Of a stretch of DNA of 64,000 nucleotides, positions 52,701 through 62,202 are shown piece by piece. The notes beneath the pieces are model-generated. The model was given only the letters and a program-made list of their open reading frames with translations. It did not search any database and was not told the origin of the DNA. The stretch lies in the NCBI GenBank assembly GCA_977030845.1, contig OZ365109.1, positions 56,978,001 to 57,042,000 on the forward strand, given 5' to 3'. Every line of letters starts with the position of its first letter. Position 1 is the stretch's first letter. The DNA is from Fimbriosthenelais zetlandica (taxonomy: Eukaryota). Position numbers and translations under genes: made by a program.

Positions 52701-55700
52701 TTTGAACTGCCTGGCCAAATAAGTGTGACAGTGGGCCAGGATTCCCTGGGGACTGCGACCTACCCGTGGGCTGAACGTCCTTTAATTTCTGAAAAATGAT
52801 ATACCAAGATATTTCATCCACATAATTCACTTCTAGGGGTCTAGTCTCTCGCGGAACAATCAATGTCCCTTTGCGATACCGACATATTACGGTTTGGGCA
52901 GCTTTTACGTAGCTGATCACTTTGTAAAAGGTCTTTAAGTAATGTGACGCTGTGGGGTGGAAGGAGGGCTTTCTATCTAGAGCTGGAGGCTGGGTGGTGG
53001 GAAGCAGCGAGTGATTTTGGGTGACTTAGCAGCGTTATTGTGAGGTGATCAGTATTCGTCAGATGGGGCCCGTGTTTAGATAGTGGATTTGCTGTCATGC
53101 TGAATGCACGCTCTCATCGAGGAGGGTAAACATGGTGAAATTAGGCACCAGGCTTGCCGCCGTCTCACGGGAGAGACTCACAGACGCGCCGACGTCAGCT
53201 GGACACCCCCAACATAGTCTAGCCTCCAGTCCCCATTACTTATCTCTTATTAACAACTACACACATACATCAGCCCTTAATTAGCTGGGGATATAATGCT
53301 GAGGCCACGTACAAATCTACTGGTCGTTAGTTGTGCAAGCAGGCCTGTATGGTCATAAAGGCCCCCTCATAATTCTATACTGCTTGTTTGTTTTTTTTAT
53401 ATTTCTGTTCTTTTGAAATGATGTTTTATGCTTATGATATGGAATTGTATGTGATGATATCCTATGTTGGGCTGAAACATTATGATGCTAGAATGCTGCC
53501 TAAAATTGTCAAGCAATTGACCTGACATCCAGAAGGTTATATCTTGCATAGAATTTATAATATATCTTGATATATTTCGCCAACAATTTGTTCTTATATA
53601 TTATTACTGGTATAAATATCCGAAAGGATGACGCATGTCTATTTAACAGCCAACAAAATCATTTCCTGATAAAAGGAAGGAATGAAAATTGCCGATTCAG
53701 CTATTTGGTGTTTCCCTTCCCAATGTTACTTTATTTTCTCTGGTCCCCTTCTGTCTATCCTCCTAATACTGGTGCTTTTGGAAGGAACGATAAGCAATAT
53801 AATTTCATACGCTGAACAATTCAAATTATGAAGAACACGTTCTATGATTTCAGCTTGAATAAAGCCTGGGTTTCTGCCCATATGCTTGAGTGTAATTTAG
53901 TATATATGCTGTATAATGCACCTGCTAGATCTTTAAGCTATTGCCCGCTTTTTGCTCATATTCAAGCCTAGGCATGCTTAATGGAAGCGTGGTGTTAAAT
54001 GGTTGAATATTAATAGGATTGTTGTGAAATCTTATACAATATTTCCAGAATGTAATGTAATTTTAATCTGTGTTAACAGAAGCGCACGATGACCTGAGCT
54101 GTGTGGCAGCAGATGGATCATCCTACCATTCATGGAAGGATGAAAATACCACTATGAACAGAGATGGTGGAGGAAAAAGTATTACTGCAGACGAAAATGG
54201 AAATGGTCAGCCGACCAGTACCACATCAACTACAGCTGAGACAGTGCCAGGTGAGAGATCAAGCCAACTGGTTATCCCCCAAAAAGTTTGCGACTTGTTG
54301 GTTTTAATTCATGGCATCAAACTATCGTATCCTAGTGGAAATAGCGGAGACTTTTATGAATGCCAATATGCTAATATATTCGTGAAAACGTAAAATAAGG
54401 GTTTGGAATGGTTTCGTTTATGTTTATTAGCCTTATTCTCGATGGCCGATATCATTATTTCTCATAGAAACTATTGTAATATAAAAGTAATATCGGGTAT
54501 ATATATGATCTTCAATGTAACTTTGTTCATAAGTTAAAAACATTCATTACAGATGATTCTGTTTTTATGTAGGCCCATAGCTCTATCGGACAGACGCATT
54601 GTGAATATGTGGAGGCTTTTCTATTTGGGAGTAAGGAAGAAATTGTAGACGACTGTCAAAATTTTCATCTGTTTACTACTGTTTCCAGGCTCCACACGCA
54701 TGTCGACGACGACGTCTCCAGAAAGGTCACACCCAGGCCCAGGCCCGGACCTCAGTCTGCACGAAGGGACGAGTGAAAACGCAGGTAGGCTCTGTCTAAA
54801 CAAGAGATAACATCCTAATCTCCCCCACACTCCAGTATAACTCGCAACAATTCAATCACCTATAACGTAAACTTTTCTGAAAGATATAGTCTAAAAATAA
54901 ATTCAGTCTCCATGGAAAGGCATGAAAATAAAACCTTAGATGTTATTCTTTCTAATGCGATCCAGGGGCCTATACCATTATCGATAATCTAAAATTGGAT
55001 TTTTAAAGGGCCCCATTATTTTATCGTTTATGGAAAATTTACTCAAACGATAGTCACATCGCTGATATTCATAAACCGTAAGATTAGTGGTTTGGGATTG
55101 ATTGTGAATGTAATAATATGAAGGTAACATGTTTGTGGTTGTACTATTTTAGGAATATAATATTTCATTGCATGATGATCCATGTTGTATTATCGGTATA
55201 TAGATTCAGATCACTATAGCCTCATATACCCAGTGGAGGGCGGGGCAAATGAGGGTAAGTTAATTAGTGGTGGAAGAATCAGGATGGTGAATCATTGGTA
55301 GAGTATTTTTAGAACATCCTGGTGTAGACTTACAACCCCCTGGTCGTCGGTCTAGATGAAATCTGATGAAGGTTGCTATTTACATTCGGATGACTACTTC
55401 GTTTTAACTTCCTCTCATGACAAATGCTTGGTAGTGATGTTTATAAACTATAATCATGAATGTTTCTGAATGAATATTAATGATATAATACCGACTCAAT
55501 ACTTGCACCATTGGTACAAAGGTTCTTTAACAGGGAACTCATGTCCATCTAGCACTGTCCAAACAACTCAAATACTTTAACAAATCCTTGAATATAGTAC
55601 GGTCTACTACATAACAATCATATTCTGTACCTACTGTGCCCTCAAAGTACAAAATATTATTTATTTTAAAGACATGGTTTTTGTTTTTGGAAATTCATCA

Positions 55701-58668
55701 GACTTTGACTGACAAAATAATTAAAGTTTTGTAACACGTTGTGGATCCTTTCTCAAATTAAAAAAAAACTGCCTTTTTATGTGAGCATATCTGAGGCCAG
55801 ATTTCGATTAACCCCATACCCAAAGAAATCCTTCTATAATCGCTCTGTAATTAGAATAACTCAATTACTCAATTAGCCATAGATACTCTAATTACACAAC
55901 TATAATTAGCTTTTCTCTTCTTCTGGTCACTCCCACACTCTTACACCCATCTTCATCAATTTTGAAATAAATCTCTTAGAAAGATCACTTATAAATCAAT
56001 CAGACCATTAATCAATCAGCAATATTAGCACCTTGAATAGATGAGGGATTGGATGATCGATGTGGAGCCGTAACACGTGTAGGCAGATTCTGTGGATTAT
56101 AATTGGTTTTAGTGGTAACAGATGAACGCTATCCTCCAACTCCTAAAACCCACTTTTTCTCCCATTGAGTTTGGTGAAAGCAATTGCATCTCAAACGACA
56201 CAGAATAACATTTGTTTAACATCTGGAGATGTTGTCCAGTGGTGATCATTTGTTTTAAAGATGGAATTTAAGTGTTTATCCATGTGCCCTTCAGGGCGGA
56301 ATAGGGAAATAACCATCTTGCTGTACATATTGCTTTCCATTAATGTTTTTTGAAGTAATTTTGTCGATTTAATTTTGGTTAATTTTGTAACAATTTGGGG
56401 TTGTCATGACTAGCCTTTACGAAGCTTGCAATCTTTGAAAGTTTTGAGGAACTCAAGTTCCATCTCAAATTCTGCCGACATTTCATTTTAAGTGCTGCTA
56501 AGATAATATATATCTACTTGACTGTGTAAGGGAACTCTACGCAAAGAAAGAATGTTTCAAGAAGTGCCCCGGTCAGGGTCTTAACGTTTTCAGGGGGTCA
56601 GTTCAACAAGCGCTGTGCCCTTTCTTGCCATAGCTTGAATAATATATCTTGCAAGTTTGAAATATGACTTTGTTTGGTAAAACAGTTTATTTATTTATTT
56701 CCAGGTCGTGCCAGCCCTGCTGGACCTGAGGGTTCTCGGACGGGCGAACTGATATCCATAAAGGAAGGACCTAGTAAGTTATCTATGATTCAGACTTTAC
56801 AGGTTAAACTTGTGCTGGGACTGGCATGGTGATGTATTGTATAGGTACAAGGCACTTTGCAAACCTGGCCCTACGTGGGGAATGTATCCATTTCTATCAC
56901 TGCTCTGTTAGAGTAGGGGAAATATCAGTTTCGGTAAGAGAATGAAAAAAAAACCCGGAGAGAATAAAATGCTTGGGCTTGGACAAACCCACCTTCATTT
57001 ACTCATCTCCTGGAGAGAAACCTTTGCCCGAGGCTTGGAAAGGTGATAAATCGTAGGTGGAGACAGGAAGGGTCGCCATGTCAGTTGGGCGGCTTGAAAC
57101 AATGATGAAACATCCCAGCCTCCATGCACTTGTTCACCCTGGAGATCTCTCAGCCCAGCGGAGAAGGTCATGGAGGAGGCACTGGAGAGTTGCTCATGTT
57201 TTCAGCAAGATAAACTACACCACAAAGTGGTCATATATACACAAACCTAGAGAACGCAGGAGCAGGCCATGGAGGGGGCTTGCTGTGGTATTGGTTCCGT
57301 GTCGAGGAAAGATGCGAGGTCGCTGAGGAGAATTGGATTCGGGGAGAAAAACATGTTTGAGTGGGACCTGTTCTATCAAGATGTTTCAGTAAAACAACAC
57401 TGTTGACCTGCTTGCTTTGATAGATTATAGCCAATCCATTGTGTGTATGGATTTTCCCTGACATGTCTATATACAGTCGGGTTTTGAGGGTTAGATTTTA
57501 ATACGGGAAAAAGTTTTGGTTGGGACATTGGTGGCCCAGACTTGATGTGCCTTCAAACTTTAAAATGGATCCTACATTACAATTCTCGTTTATGTAGGGT
57601 CTAACATTGATAGTCGAGATATTATAAAAAATATTACAAACAATACAGAGTTAGTCCATGTTTACCTTCACCACGCTCCCGAGGCTGCTTCTTCCTATTC
57701 CTGATTGAATTAGCTAGCAGTAAGAGACATTAGATGGATCATAAAATAATAAGACTTGATACAGTAGGCCACTGAGCTATGGTCTTTAGGCATTGGCATG
57801 CATCATGTATAAGCGTAAAGCATGGGCGACATTGGTGAAACACAAGTAATAACACATTTAGGGCTTTAGTAGGGCCTCATGACTGGCTGCCTTCTTGGAG
57901 AACTGGATTAGCTGGAGGGTCGGGGGACGGCACCAGTGTGGGAGGTGGGCTTAGTGACTTGTGCCCGGAGAATATCAGAAGGGGTAATACCTCATCTCAT
58001 TCATGGCGTTGCTTTCAATTTATGCCTTCACTACTCATAGCTCAGGAGCGTCCTTCAATGATGATGCTTATCTTGGTGGTTGCTTCAGGCACTACTTCTG
58101 TATTGGTAATTCATGTTGTGTCTCGACCCCTGCAAGTTTGGGTTTGAAACTTTTGGTTGTATTTTACAATTGCCTTCCTTTAGAAAAAGTTTATTTGTTC
58201 CTTGTCTTTCCATCTAATGCCTTTTTGTGTTTGATGATCTGTTGTAAGATGGATCGATTGCCATTTGTACTTTTCTCAATAGTCTTTCGAGTACGAATTA
58301 TGTCAAAAACCTTATGGCAAAGGTAAAAACTTCTGTGACAATTCATATACATAATATTCACGACAGTTAACAAAGAAATGTAGCTCGTCTTTTCGGTCTC
58401 TGACTGAGTCTTTCCTAATTACTATCATTGACGAGTGAAGAGTACAAATAAGCATCTAGAAAAGAACAACTACCATGAAGTGCTTTTGTGATGATTGCCT
58501 CTGTTTTTCTAGGCTCCGGCGGACTTGATGGAACGGTGCAAGCGGGTCACAGCGGTGGTCGTGGTAGTCGGCGTGGCAGTGACCCTGCTTCGACTGCTGT
58601 GGATGGCTCCGCCAGCACAACCCTCCATACATCAGAGGTTCGCGGCAACCCGAGGGGCAGTGGCAGTG
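1607..58668 (+). CDS. PKD1L1: Partial spliced gene model (26 exons, 5' and 3' incomplete): polycystin-1 family protein, PKD1L1-like; WSC - ~15 PKD repeats - REJ - low-complexity insert
   Basis: All 26 exons have AG/GT boundaries and complementary phases, giving a continuous stop-free frame of 5991 nt. PKD motifs recur (FDWLYGDG, FEWDFHGRG, YHWDLGDG, GxYxVxVxAxNxxS/G). REJ motifs LYLPRRSLSYGNYSLELKVAMQGTIVYS and MDGSDSYDPD..IRYSWSC resemble human PKD1L1 as I recall it (TLEYGNYTALAKVQIEGSVVYS; GTQSFDPDDPGATLRYHWEC). Family confidence is high; the orthology label is less certain. Confidence 0.85.
2020..2103 (+). CDS. PKD1L1: Exon 2: middle of WSC (FPYAEIHENQHCSCKG...HCIR)
   Basis: cgtttag| ... 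ag|gtaggt; phases 2 to 2; supplies the CxC and further Cys of the WSC domain. Confidence 0.85.
2231..2412 (+). CDS. PKD1L1: Exon 3: end of WSC (CQNFPDLWCGGHQSLALY) and start of first Ig/PKD-like repeat
   Basis: tttatttcag| ... g|gtaaga; WSC C-terminal CGG..L.LY motif; phases 2 to 1. Confidence 0.9.
3029..3184 (+). CDS. PKD1L1: Exon 4: divergent PKD-like repeat (LPDSDLED...FTFSRSGSFII)
   Basis: ttttctag| ... g|gtaagt; phases 1 to 1; overlaps ORF 3046-3384. Confidence 0.85.
4626..4942 (+). CDS. PKD1L1: Exon 5: PKD repeat (LHAANAVSS...TGYNVTFDWLYGDG...CRSSET)
   Basis: cctttcag| ... acg|gtgaga; PKD core FDWLYGDG; phases 1 to 0. Confidence 0.92.
5820..6100. promoter_or_regulatory. CpG-rich promoter-like motif cluster in intron 5
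   Basis: Reverse CCAAT (CTGATTGGT 5872-5880), NRF1 palindrome GCGCATGCGC (5903-5912), ATGACGC (5945), GC box GGGCGGGA (6015), GTCACGTCA (6091). Motif evidence only. Confidence 0.4.
7758..8280. repeat. Minisatellite, ~15 copies of a 33-bp unit (AATTGATGGCTATGGCAWACTAGTAGTATAGGG)
   Basis: Head-to-tail units read directly from the sequence; three units carry 5-bp insertions; no spacers. Confidence 0.95.
11300..11386 (+). CDS. PKD1L1: Exon 6: PKD repeat C-terminal half (HHLYQYPGKYMLQVIGHNEHGSTNDTIQL)
   Basis: tcttttcag| ... ctt|gtaagt; HxYxxPGxYxxxVxxxNxxG motif; phases 0 to 0; absent from the ORF track. Confidence 0.9.
19540..19611 (+). pseudogene. tRNA-Pro(AGG) pseudogene or tRNA-derived fragment
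   Basis: About 60/72 identity to canonical eukaryotic tRNA-Pro as recalled. Positions 31-66 (TTAGGGTGCGAGAGGTCCCGGGTTCAAATCCCGGAC) are intact, with anticodon AGG at 19572-19574. The acceptor stem is destroyed and there is no nearby oligo-T terminator. Confidence 0.88.
24597..25890 (+). CDS. PKD1L1: Exon 7: 1294-nt exon encoding about 4.5 PKD repeats
   Basis: tttttcag| ... a|gtaagt; within ORF 24549-25898; motifs MDPGDG, GNYKIKLKAENPIS, FEWDF, PGNYSVEVNAS; phases 0 to 1. Confidence 0.95.
27690..27838. mobile_element. Probable one-ended DNA transposon/MITE fragment
   Basis: Ends in ...GAAATCGACCCCTG (reverse complement CAGGGGTCG...) with repeated GGAGTCC/GGACTCC subterminal motifs; no convincing partner TIR or TSD. 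Confidence 0.35.
33876..34113. mobile_element. 238-bp MITE (non-autonomous DNA transposon) with 13-bp TIRs and 5-bp TSD
   Basis: Left end CAGGGTTCCCGCG, right end CGCGAGAACCCTG (1 mismatch). CAACA is duplicated at 33871-33875 and 34114-34118. Internal GTCTTAAA motifs repeat. Confidence 0.88.
35241..35399 (+). CDS. PKD1L1: Exon 8: PKD repeat (LLYTWTVEQ...VRVAVEVSNR)
   Basis: ccttattcag| ... g|gtatgc; phases 1 to 1. Confidence 0.88.
36192..36316 (+). CDS. PKD1L1: Exon 9: linker/start of PKD repeat (VCEIGQCPNQSQLFVIES...PVQFSIV)
   Basis: aatttcag| ... gtg|gtaagt; the only phase 1 to 0 open exon I found that bridges exons 8 and 10. Confidence 0.78.
36472..36734 (+). CDS. PKD1L1: Exon 10: PKD repeat (THNYSAPGVYDVEAVVS...TVQERIKEL)
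   Basis: ttctgtacatag| ... ga|gtaagt; phases 0 to 2. Confidence 0.92.
37025..37130 (+). CDS. PKD1L1: Exon 11: PKD repeat N-terminal half (ATKGSHMLYEWYLDG)
   Basis: tttcttttcag| ... aag|gtactt; phases 2 to 0. Confidence 0.9.
38348..38436. promoter_or_regulatory. Cluster of six nuclear-receptor half-sites (TGACCY)
   Basis: TGACCT at 38348, 38368, 38410 and 38429; TGACCC at 38354 and 38379. Confidence 0.35.
42954..43516 (+). CDS. PKD1L1: Exon 12: PKD repeats (EYDLGVRVSNSLG; FGDG; GSFTLVVNVSNHVS; GQNLVFDW)
   Basis: cattttacag| ... tc|gtaagt; within ORF 42915-43520; phases 0 to 2. Confidence 0.95.
43759..43876. repeat. Imperfect tandem repeat (52-bp, 45-bp and partial units) just upstream of the exon 13 acceptor
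   Basis: TGTCTGTCTAKTTTCAGCAGTC...TACTCATCCTA repeated at 43759, 43811 and partly at 43856. Confidence 0.85.
43927..44169 (+). CDS. PKD1L1: Exon 13: PKD repeat (QGIYDVTVFVSNS...VVQEKV)
   Basis: ctattttcag| ... ag|gtcagt; phases 2 to 2. Confidence 0.92.
44820..44941 (+). CDS. PKD1L1: Exon 14: PKD repeat (GSDVTFYFNYGDG...SHVYHQ)
   Basis: ctgtcttacag| ... g|gtgtgt; phases 2 to 1. Confidence 0.92.
46021..46071. repeat. Interrupted (GT)n/(TGTG)n microsatellite
   Basis: gcgtgtgtgtgtgataaatgtgtgttgtgtgtgttatgtgttgtgtgtgtg. Confidence 0.8.
46647..46868 (+). CDS. PKD1L1: Exon 15: PKD repeats (GYYTVQVTAKNLLG; GSDVKFDWDMG)
   Basis: gattttcag| ... g|gtgcgc; phases 1 to 1. Confidence 0.92.
47209..47390 (+). 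CDS. PKD1L1: Exon 16: PKD repeat (THGYTSEGTYTLNMKCYNDVG)
   Basis: atatacag| ... gag|gtttga; phases 1 to 0; absent from the ORF track. Confidence 0.9.
47629..47759 (+). CDS. PKD1L1: Exon 17: PKD repeat (VSYLWNFGE)
   Basis: cattttctcag| ... cg|gtgagt; phases 0 to 2. Confidence 0.92.
47998..48240 (+). CDS. PKD1L1: Exon 18: PKD repeats (YEVQVRAFNGVS; GTSVTYHWDLGDG...EHSY)
   Basis: atttctttcag| ... ga|gtgagt; phases 2 to 2. Confidence 0.93.
48690..49038 (+). CDS. PKD1L1: Exon 19: end of last PKD repeat and start of REJ (GEYNVTVTASNRFG...CNTPEV...LSYGNYSLELK)
   Basis: Weak acceptor gaattataag| is the only nearby AG in the required phase; donor aag|gtattt; phases 2 to 0. Confidence 0.88.
49949..50127 (+). 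CDS. PKD1L1: Exon 20: REJ domain (MDGSDSYDPD)
   Basis: ttcattctag| ... ag|gtattt; REJ hallmark DGSxSYDPD; phases 0 to 2. Confidence 0.95.
50803..51024 (+). CDS. PKD1L1: Exon 21: REJ domain (YSWSC...CF...YVFNLSISRPGRQSANTSQ)
   Basis: tttcgttcag| ... ga|gtaagt; phases 2 to 2; absent from the ORF track. Confidence 0.93.
51268..51422 (+). CDS. PKD1L1: Exon 22: REJ domain (LSCFECKDGSVNSDQRLILEA...LEYEWLLF)
   Basis: tttctgtttcag| ... c|gtgagt; phases 2 to 1. Confidence 0.92.
51914..51978. repeat. Tandem duplication, 35-bp period
   Basis: AATATTAGCCAT(A/C)GACTTAGCATTGCTAAT at 51914 and 51949. Confidence 0.9.
54080..54250 (+). CDS. PKD1L1: Exon 23: start of low-complexity insert in REJ (DLSCVAADG...PTSTTSTTAETVP)
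   Basis: tgttaacag| ... g|gtgaga; phases 1 to 1; within ORF 54070-54393. Confidence 0.85.
54689..54784 (+). CDS. PKD1L1: Exon 24: Ser/Thr/Pro/Gly-rich (STRMSTTTSPERSHPGPGPDLS...)
   Basis: ctactgtttccag| ... g|gtaggc; phases 1 to 1; GC-rich open frame. Confidence 0.78.
56705..56773 (+). CDS. PKD1L1: Exon 25: short Gly/Pro/Ser-rich exon (RASPAGPEGSRTGELISIKEGP)
   Basis: tttatttccag| ... a|gtaagt; phases 1 to 1. Confidence 0.75.
58513..58668 (+). CDS. PKD1L1: Exon 26: Gly/Ser-rich (SGGLDGTVQAGHSGGRGSRRGSDP...GSGS)
   Basis: gtttttctag| ... g|gtaagg; phases 1 to 1; within ORF 58488-58757. Confidence 0.82.
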
Positions 58669-61600
58669 GTAAGGCGATCTACCCATCATCTCACTTCTCA
58701 GCTAAATTGGTCTTAAGGGAATCTCTCTTATTGGCTGAAATACCCTTTAGCTTGTAATTGTTTATCACTGCTTTCTGCTTCCACATAGGTCATGATGTGT
58801 CATATATATGTTGAGTTTGTTTAACTGAATGGGATTACATTGCTCCAGGTGTTTGCCACAGAAGTGTTGCCATCTGAGCTGGTCTATTTTTATATACTAC
58901 TTTCTATGTCTGGCATCCAATGTGCCTGGGACGGATTCCAATTTCCATATACTACTTATACTGCGAATGTCATAAACCAGAAGGGCAACACGAACCTGGT
59001 AATGCTGCTGTGTGCTGCATTTCTTATCACGGACCGTATCCGCTACTAAGGATGTTATGATGTTTTTCTTAAGAACTTTCCGCAATTGCACAGCTCCCGA
59101 AAGTCCTGGGCAGTGGCTGCTAAGATCAGTGCCCCACACTCACGGGATGGTGGGCAGAGGGAAAATGTGTGGGTAATGTTGAGTACGTACTTGAAAGGAT
59201 ATTAGCCATGGGAAAGGGACCATCCGTTGAAGTATCCACCTCTATACATATTCCCTGCTTACATTTGATCAGGACTATCCACCTTGTCCATTGAGAATCA
59301 TTCCTAGATGATTAGCCTGGTGAAAAGCAGACATCTTTTCATGTTTTTTCATGTGCCCCTGTTTATTAATGATATCAGCTGCCGCTATGTGTTGTTGGAT
59401 TTCACGGACAATGAACGATGCTTCCGTCGCGCCATCTACCAAGCTTTGATCAGTGTCCTATGACAAGCAGCAGTAAAGTGTTGCTAAGATACGCCAGTCT
59501 GTGATGTGGGCAGCAGGGCTCCCCAGGGGGTGGGGGGCTGTTATCAGTGCACGGGTAGCCAATGGTTGCAGGATAATCTGCGGCAACAAACGATAATCTC
59601 CTTGTGAAGAAGAACCATCCCACTAAGGACAATGAGAGGGAAGGGCCCTATCAGATCATTTCCAATCACCTATTGGTTTTCACATTGTATTAGTAGTGAT
59701 AGTCCCCAAGAATACTAACAAATAGACTATTGCCCTAGTGCCCATTTCTGTCTGCCCTTCGTGACTCAGTCAATATTTGGATGATTGAAAAATGATGGGC
59801 TTTTTATTTGATGAAGTAACAAAATTTCAGGTGAAATAACACCCTATTGAATCAAGAAATGTTATTGTACCCAATCTTTGTTGAAGGACTGCATGCTGGG
59901 AGATTATAATTTTATAGTCTATATCGATTGCTTATCCCAATGGCACAGTCGTTTAGCCTAAGAAAAAACCTCTTTTCAATATCAAATCTGACATTAGATG
60001 TATGCTACATGACACTGTAATTTCCAACTACAGGATGCAGGCCAATATCATTCGCTTTTAATTAAGCATTTTGCATTTGTCAGTCATGTTTTAAAAGTTG
60101 AATGCGACTCTCATTAATTACATGGGGAATGTGTTTGCTGTGCTGCATGCTTGGTAATTGGTGATAGTTATGATATTGTCATGAACACCATCCATTTCAC
60201 TATGATTCATGTCTGCGAAAACATCATTAGTATAGATAACCTAGGTTGTAAAAATTCAAGGTCAAGTGATAGCTGCGGCCTCATCCATTCTAAATCCCAA
60301 CGCTAATATTTCCACCAAACTCCAATAGCTGAGGACAGCCATGACACATCATCATTCAAAAAAATTCTTACCTCCCAATAAACCGATCGGATTCCATGCA
60401 AAATCCACATCGGTTATAGCATTGGACAGGTGACTAGCCGGGGAATGTTTTCACGAGGATCAGTGTTCTCTCAGAGAAAGAGGATTAGTAATAAAGCACA
60501 AAGAGTGGGGGCGCTTTCATCGTTTAACGCTCTATTACATCCGGGCAACTGCATAGAGCTTGAGGCACCACCTGTGCTGAAAATATGTTCTTCCGTTGCT
60601 TGATGTGCACCAGTCTCTTGCTCCGGGGCCAAGTTTTCTCTAGCTGCTGCTGAAAACAATATTTAGCTCAGTGGTGCTAAGCTTAATGAAGATGGTACAG
60701 AGAATATGATACTGGAGCTAGCCAGTGATTGGGGTCATTGCCATCAATGCTTAAGCACATGAATGTCTAACGAATGATATGTCTTAGAATGATACTTATT
60801 CTCTAGGCTCAGAATATACCGGAATCTAGCAGGGATCTGTTACATCAAAAACTATCTATTAACTAACTGTTTAACTAATTTGTTACTATTAAAAAATCTT
60901 CAGGTCATTTGATGGTTTAAAATCAAATGTATAGAAGTGCCCCTTTTGATCCTGATCCTTTTATTAAAATGGCTTTGAAGTATTTATAACTCGAGCTCTG
61001 TTTTAATGGTATAGGCCTACATGCTGAGCAGCAATTGATGAATAGGTCTGGATGAATCCTCAGTAAAAACCTGATGAGGCATCTTAAGAAGTCAGGCATC
61101 ATTTAACTCCCTTTCTTTCAACCACTTCCTTCAACATAGCACACTCTTAGTTATGTATCAAGAAGACCATCAAGTTGCCATTAGATTTTAATGTAGAACC
61201 GTTTTCTTTATAACCTGTTACGTCCCTAAATGATTCCATGCATTCCTAAATACGCCAGGCCTGCCATGCTGGAACATGCACCCGTCTATTGGCCTATGAT
61301 AGAACACCCTCATATTGCTTGTAATGAATCAATGTTAAAATTCATTTGGACTTTCTATCGGTTGCCATGACAATGCGCCATGATGGATGGCTCAATGGTT
61401 TCGACTACTGATAAGAGCATCCTACTCAAGTAGCAATAAGTCTGGTTATGTTGTATACAACTTGGCAAATTATCCTATCTTGCCTGTCAAGACTTGATGG
61501 GCCTTGCAGTGTTTTATTACTGCTTTCCGACCGCGTTTTTCAAATCTTGCCTTTTTTAACGGTCTGCCTAGATTGTTACACCGATGTTCCTAAACAAGAA

Positions 61601-62062
61601 GCGTTACATTATAGATGAGATCTTGATTGGGAAATAAAGGCTTGAGTGAATACAGTTGGGGTGCTGGCACTAAAGGCGATTAAAAGTACATCAAATGTTC
61701 TACTGATTGAGGTAACAAGGAGGCCGATGGGCTGATTTATATAAAATCATATCGCATTTATGACATCCAGGCCTGGGTGAATATAGGTCGGAGGTATTAG
61801 ATAGTATAAAGTACGGCCCTAGTCCAATTAGACATGGTCTTAATCAAGCTTAAATCTCCTTTTTTACCAAGCCTCCTCCCAGGGATTGATGGTCTCCCAG
61901 AAGACAATCGGATATGCCAGTCTTTTTACCATCATTCCAGCCCTTTGTATGGCAAGGACTTGATAACCTCCAAAAGGCTATGTTCTAAATATTGGTTTCC
62001 CCTCTCCCAGTTACTGCATAACGGCAGTGTTTCCCGAGCCTCTTCCCGTGATGCATCACTTG

Positions 62063-62202
62063 GTTGCTATGGTGATAACCGTTATCATGACAATAGATGT
62101 CGGCACTAGTCTGCCGGTAAAGATGGACGACGCATAGGGCCCTTTGACTTCCGGTAAAAGAACAGGAAGTGGCCTCGTTTTGGTATGACTTCCGCCGGAA
62201 GT
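62063..62202. promoter_or_regulatory. Candidate promoter/enhancer: tandem RFX X-boxes plus four ETS sites
   Basis: GTTGCTATGGTGAT (62063) and GTTATCATGACAAT (62081); ETS cores GACTTCCGGT (62146), ACAGGAAGTG (62162) and ACTTCCGCCGGAAGT (62188, two cores). Motif evidence only. Confidence 0.55.

Noticed and set aside
54567-54600. Alternative acceptor ATGTAG| upstream of exon 24
   Set aside because: It gives an immediate in-frame TAG stop.
58638-58643. Alternative donor GAG|GTTCGC inside exon 26
   Set aside because: It is a weak phase-0 site; the G|GTAAGG donor at 58668 is stronger and keeps the phase-1 pattern.
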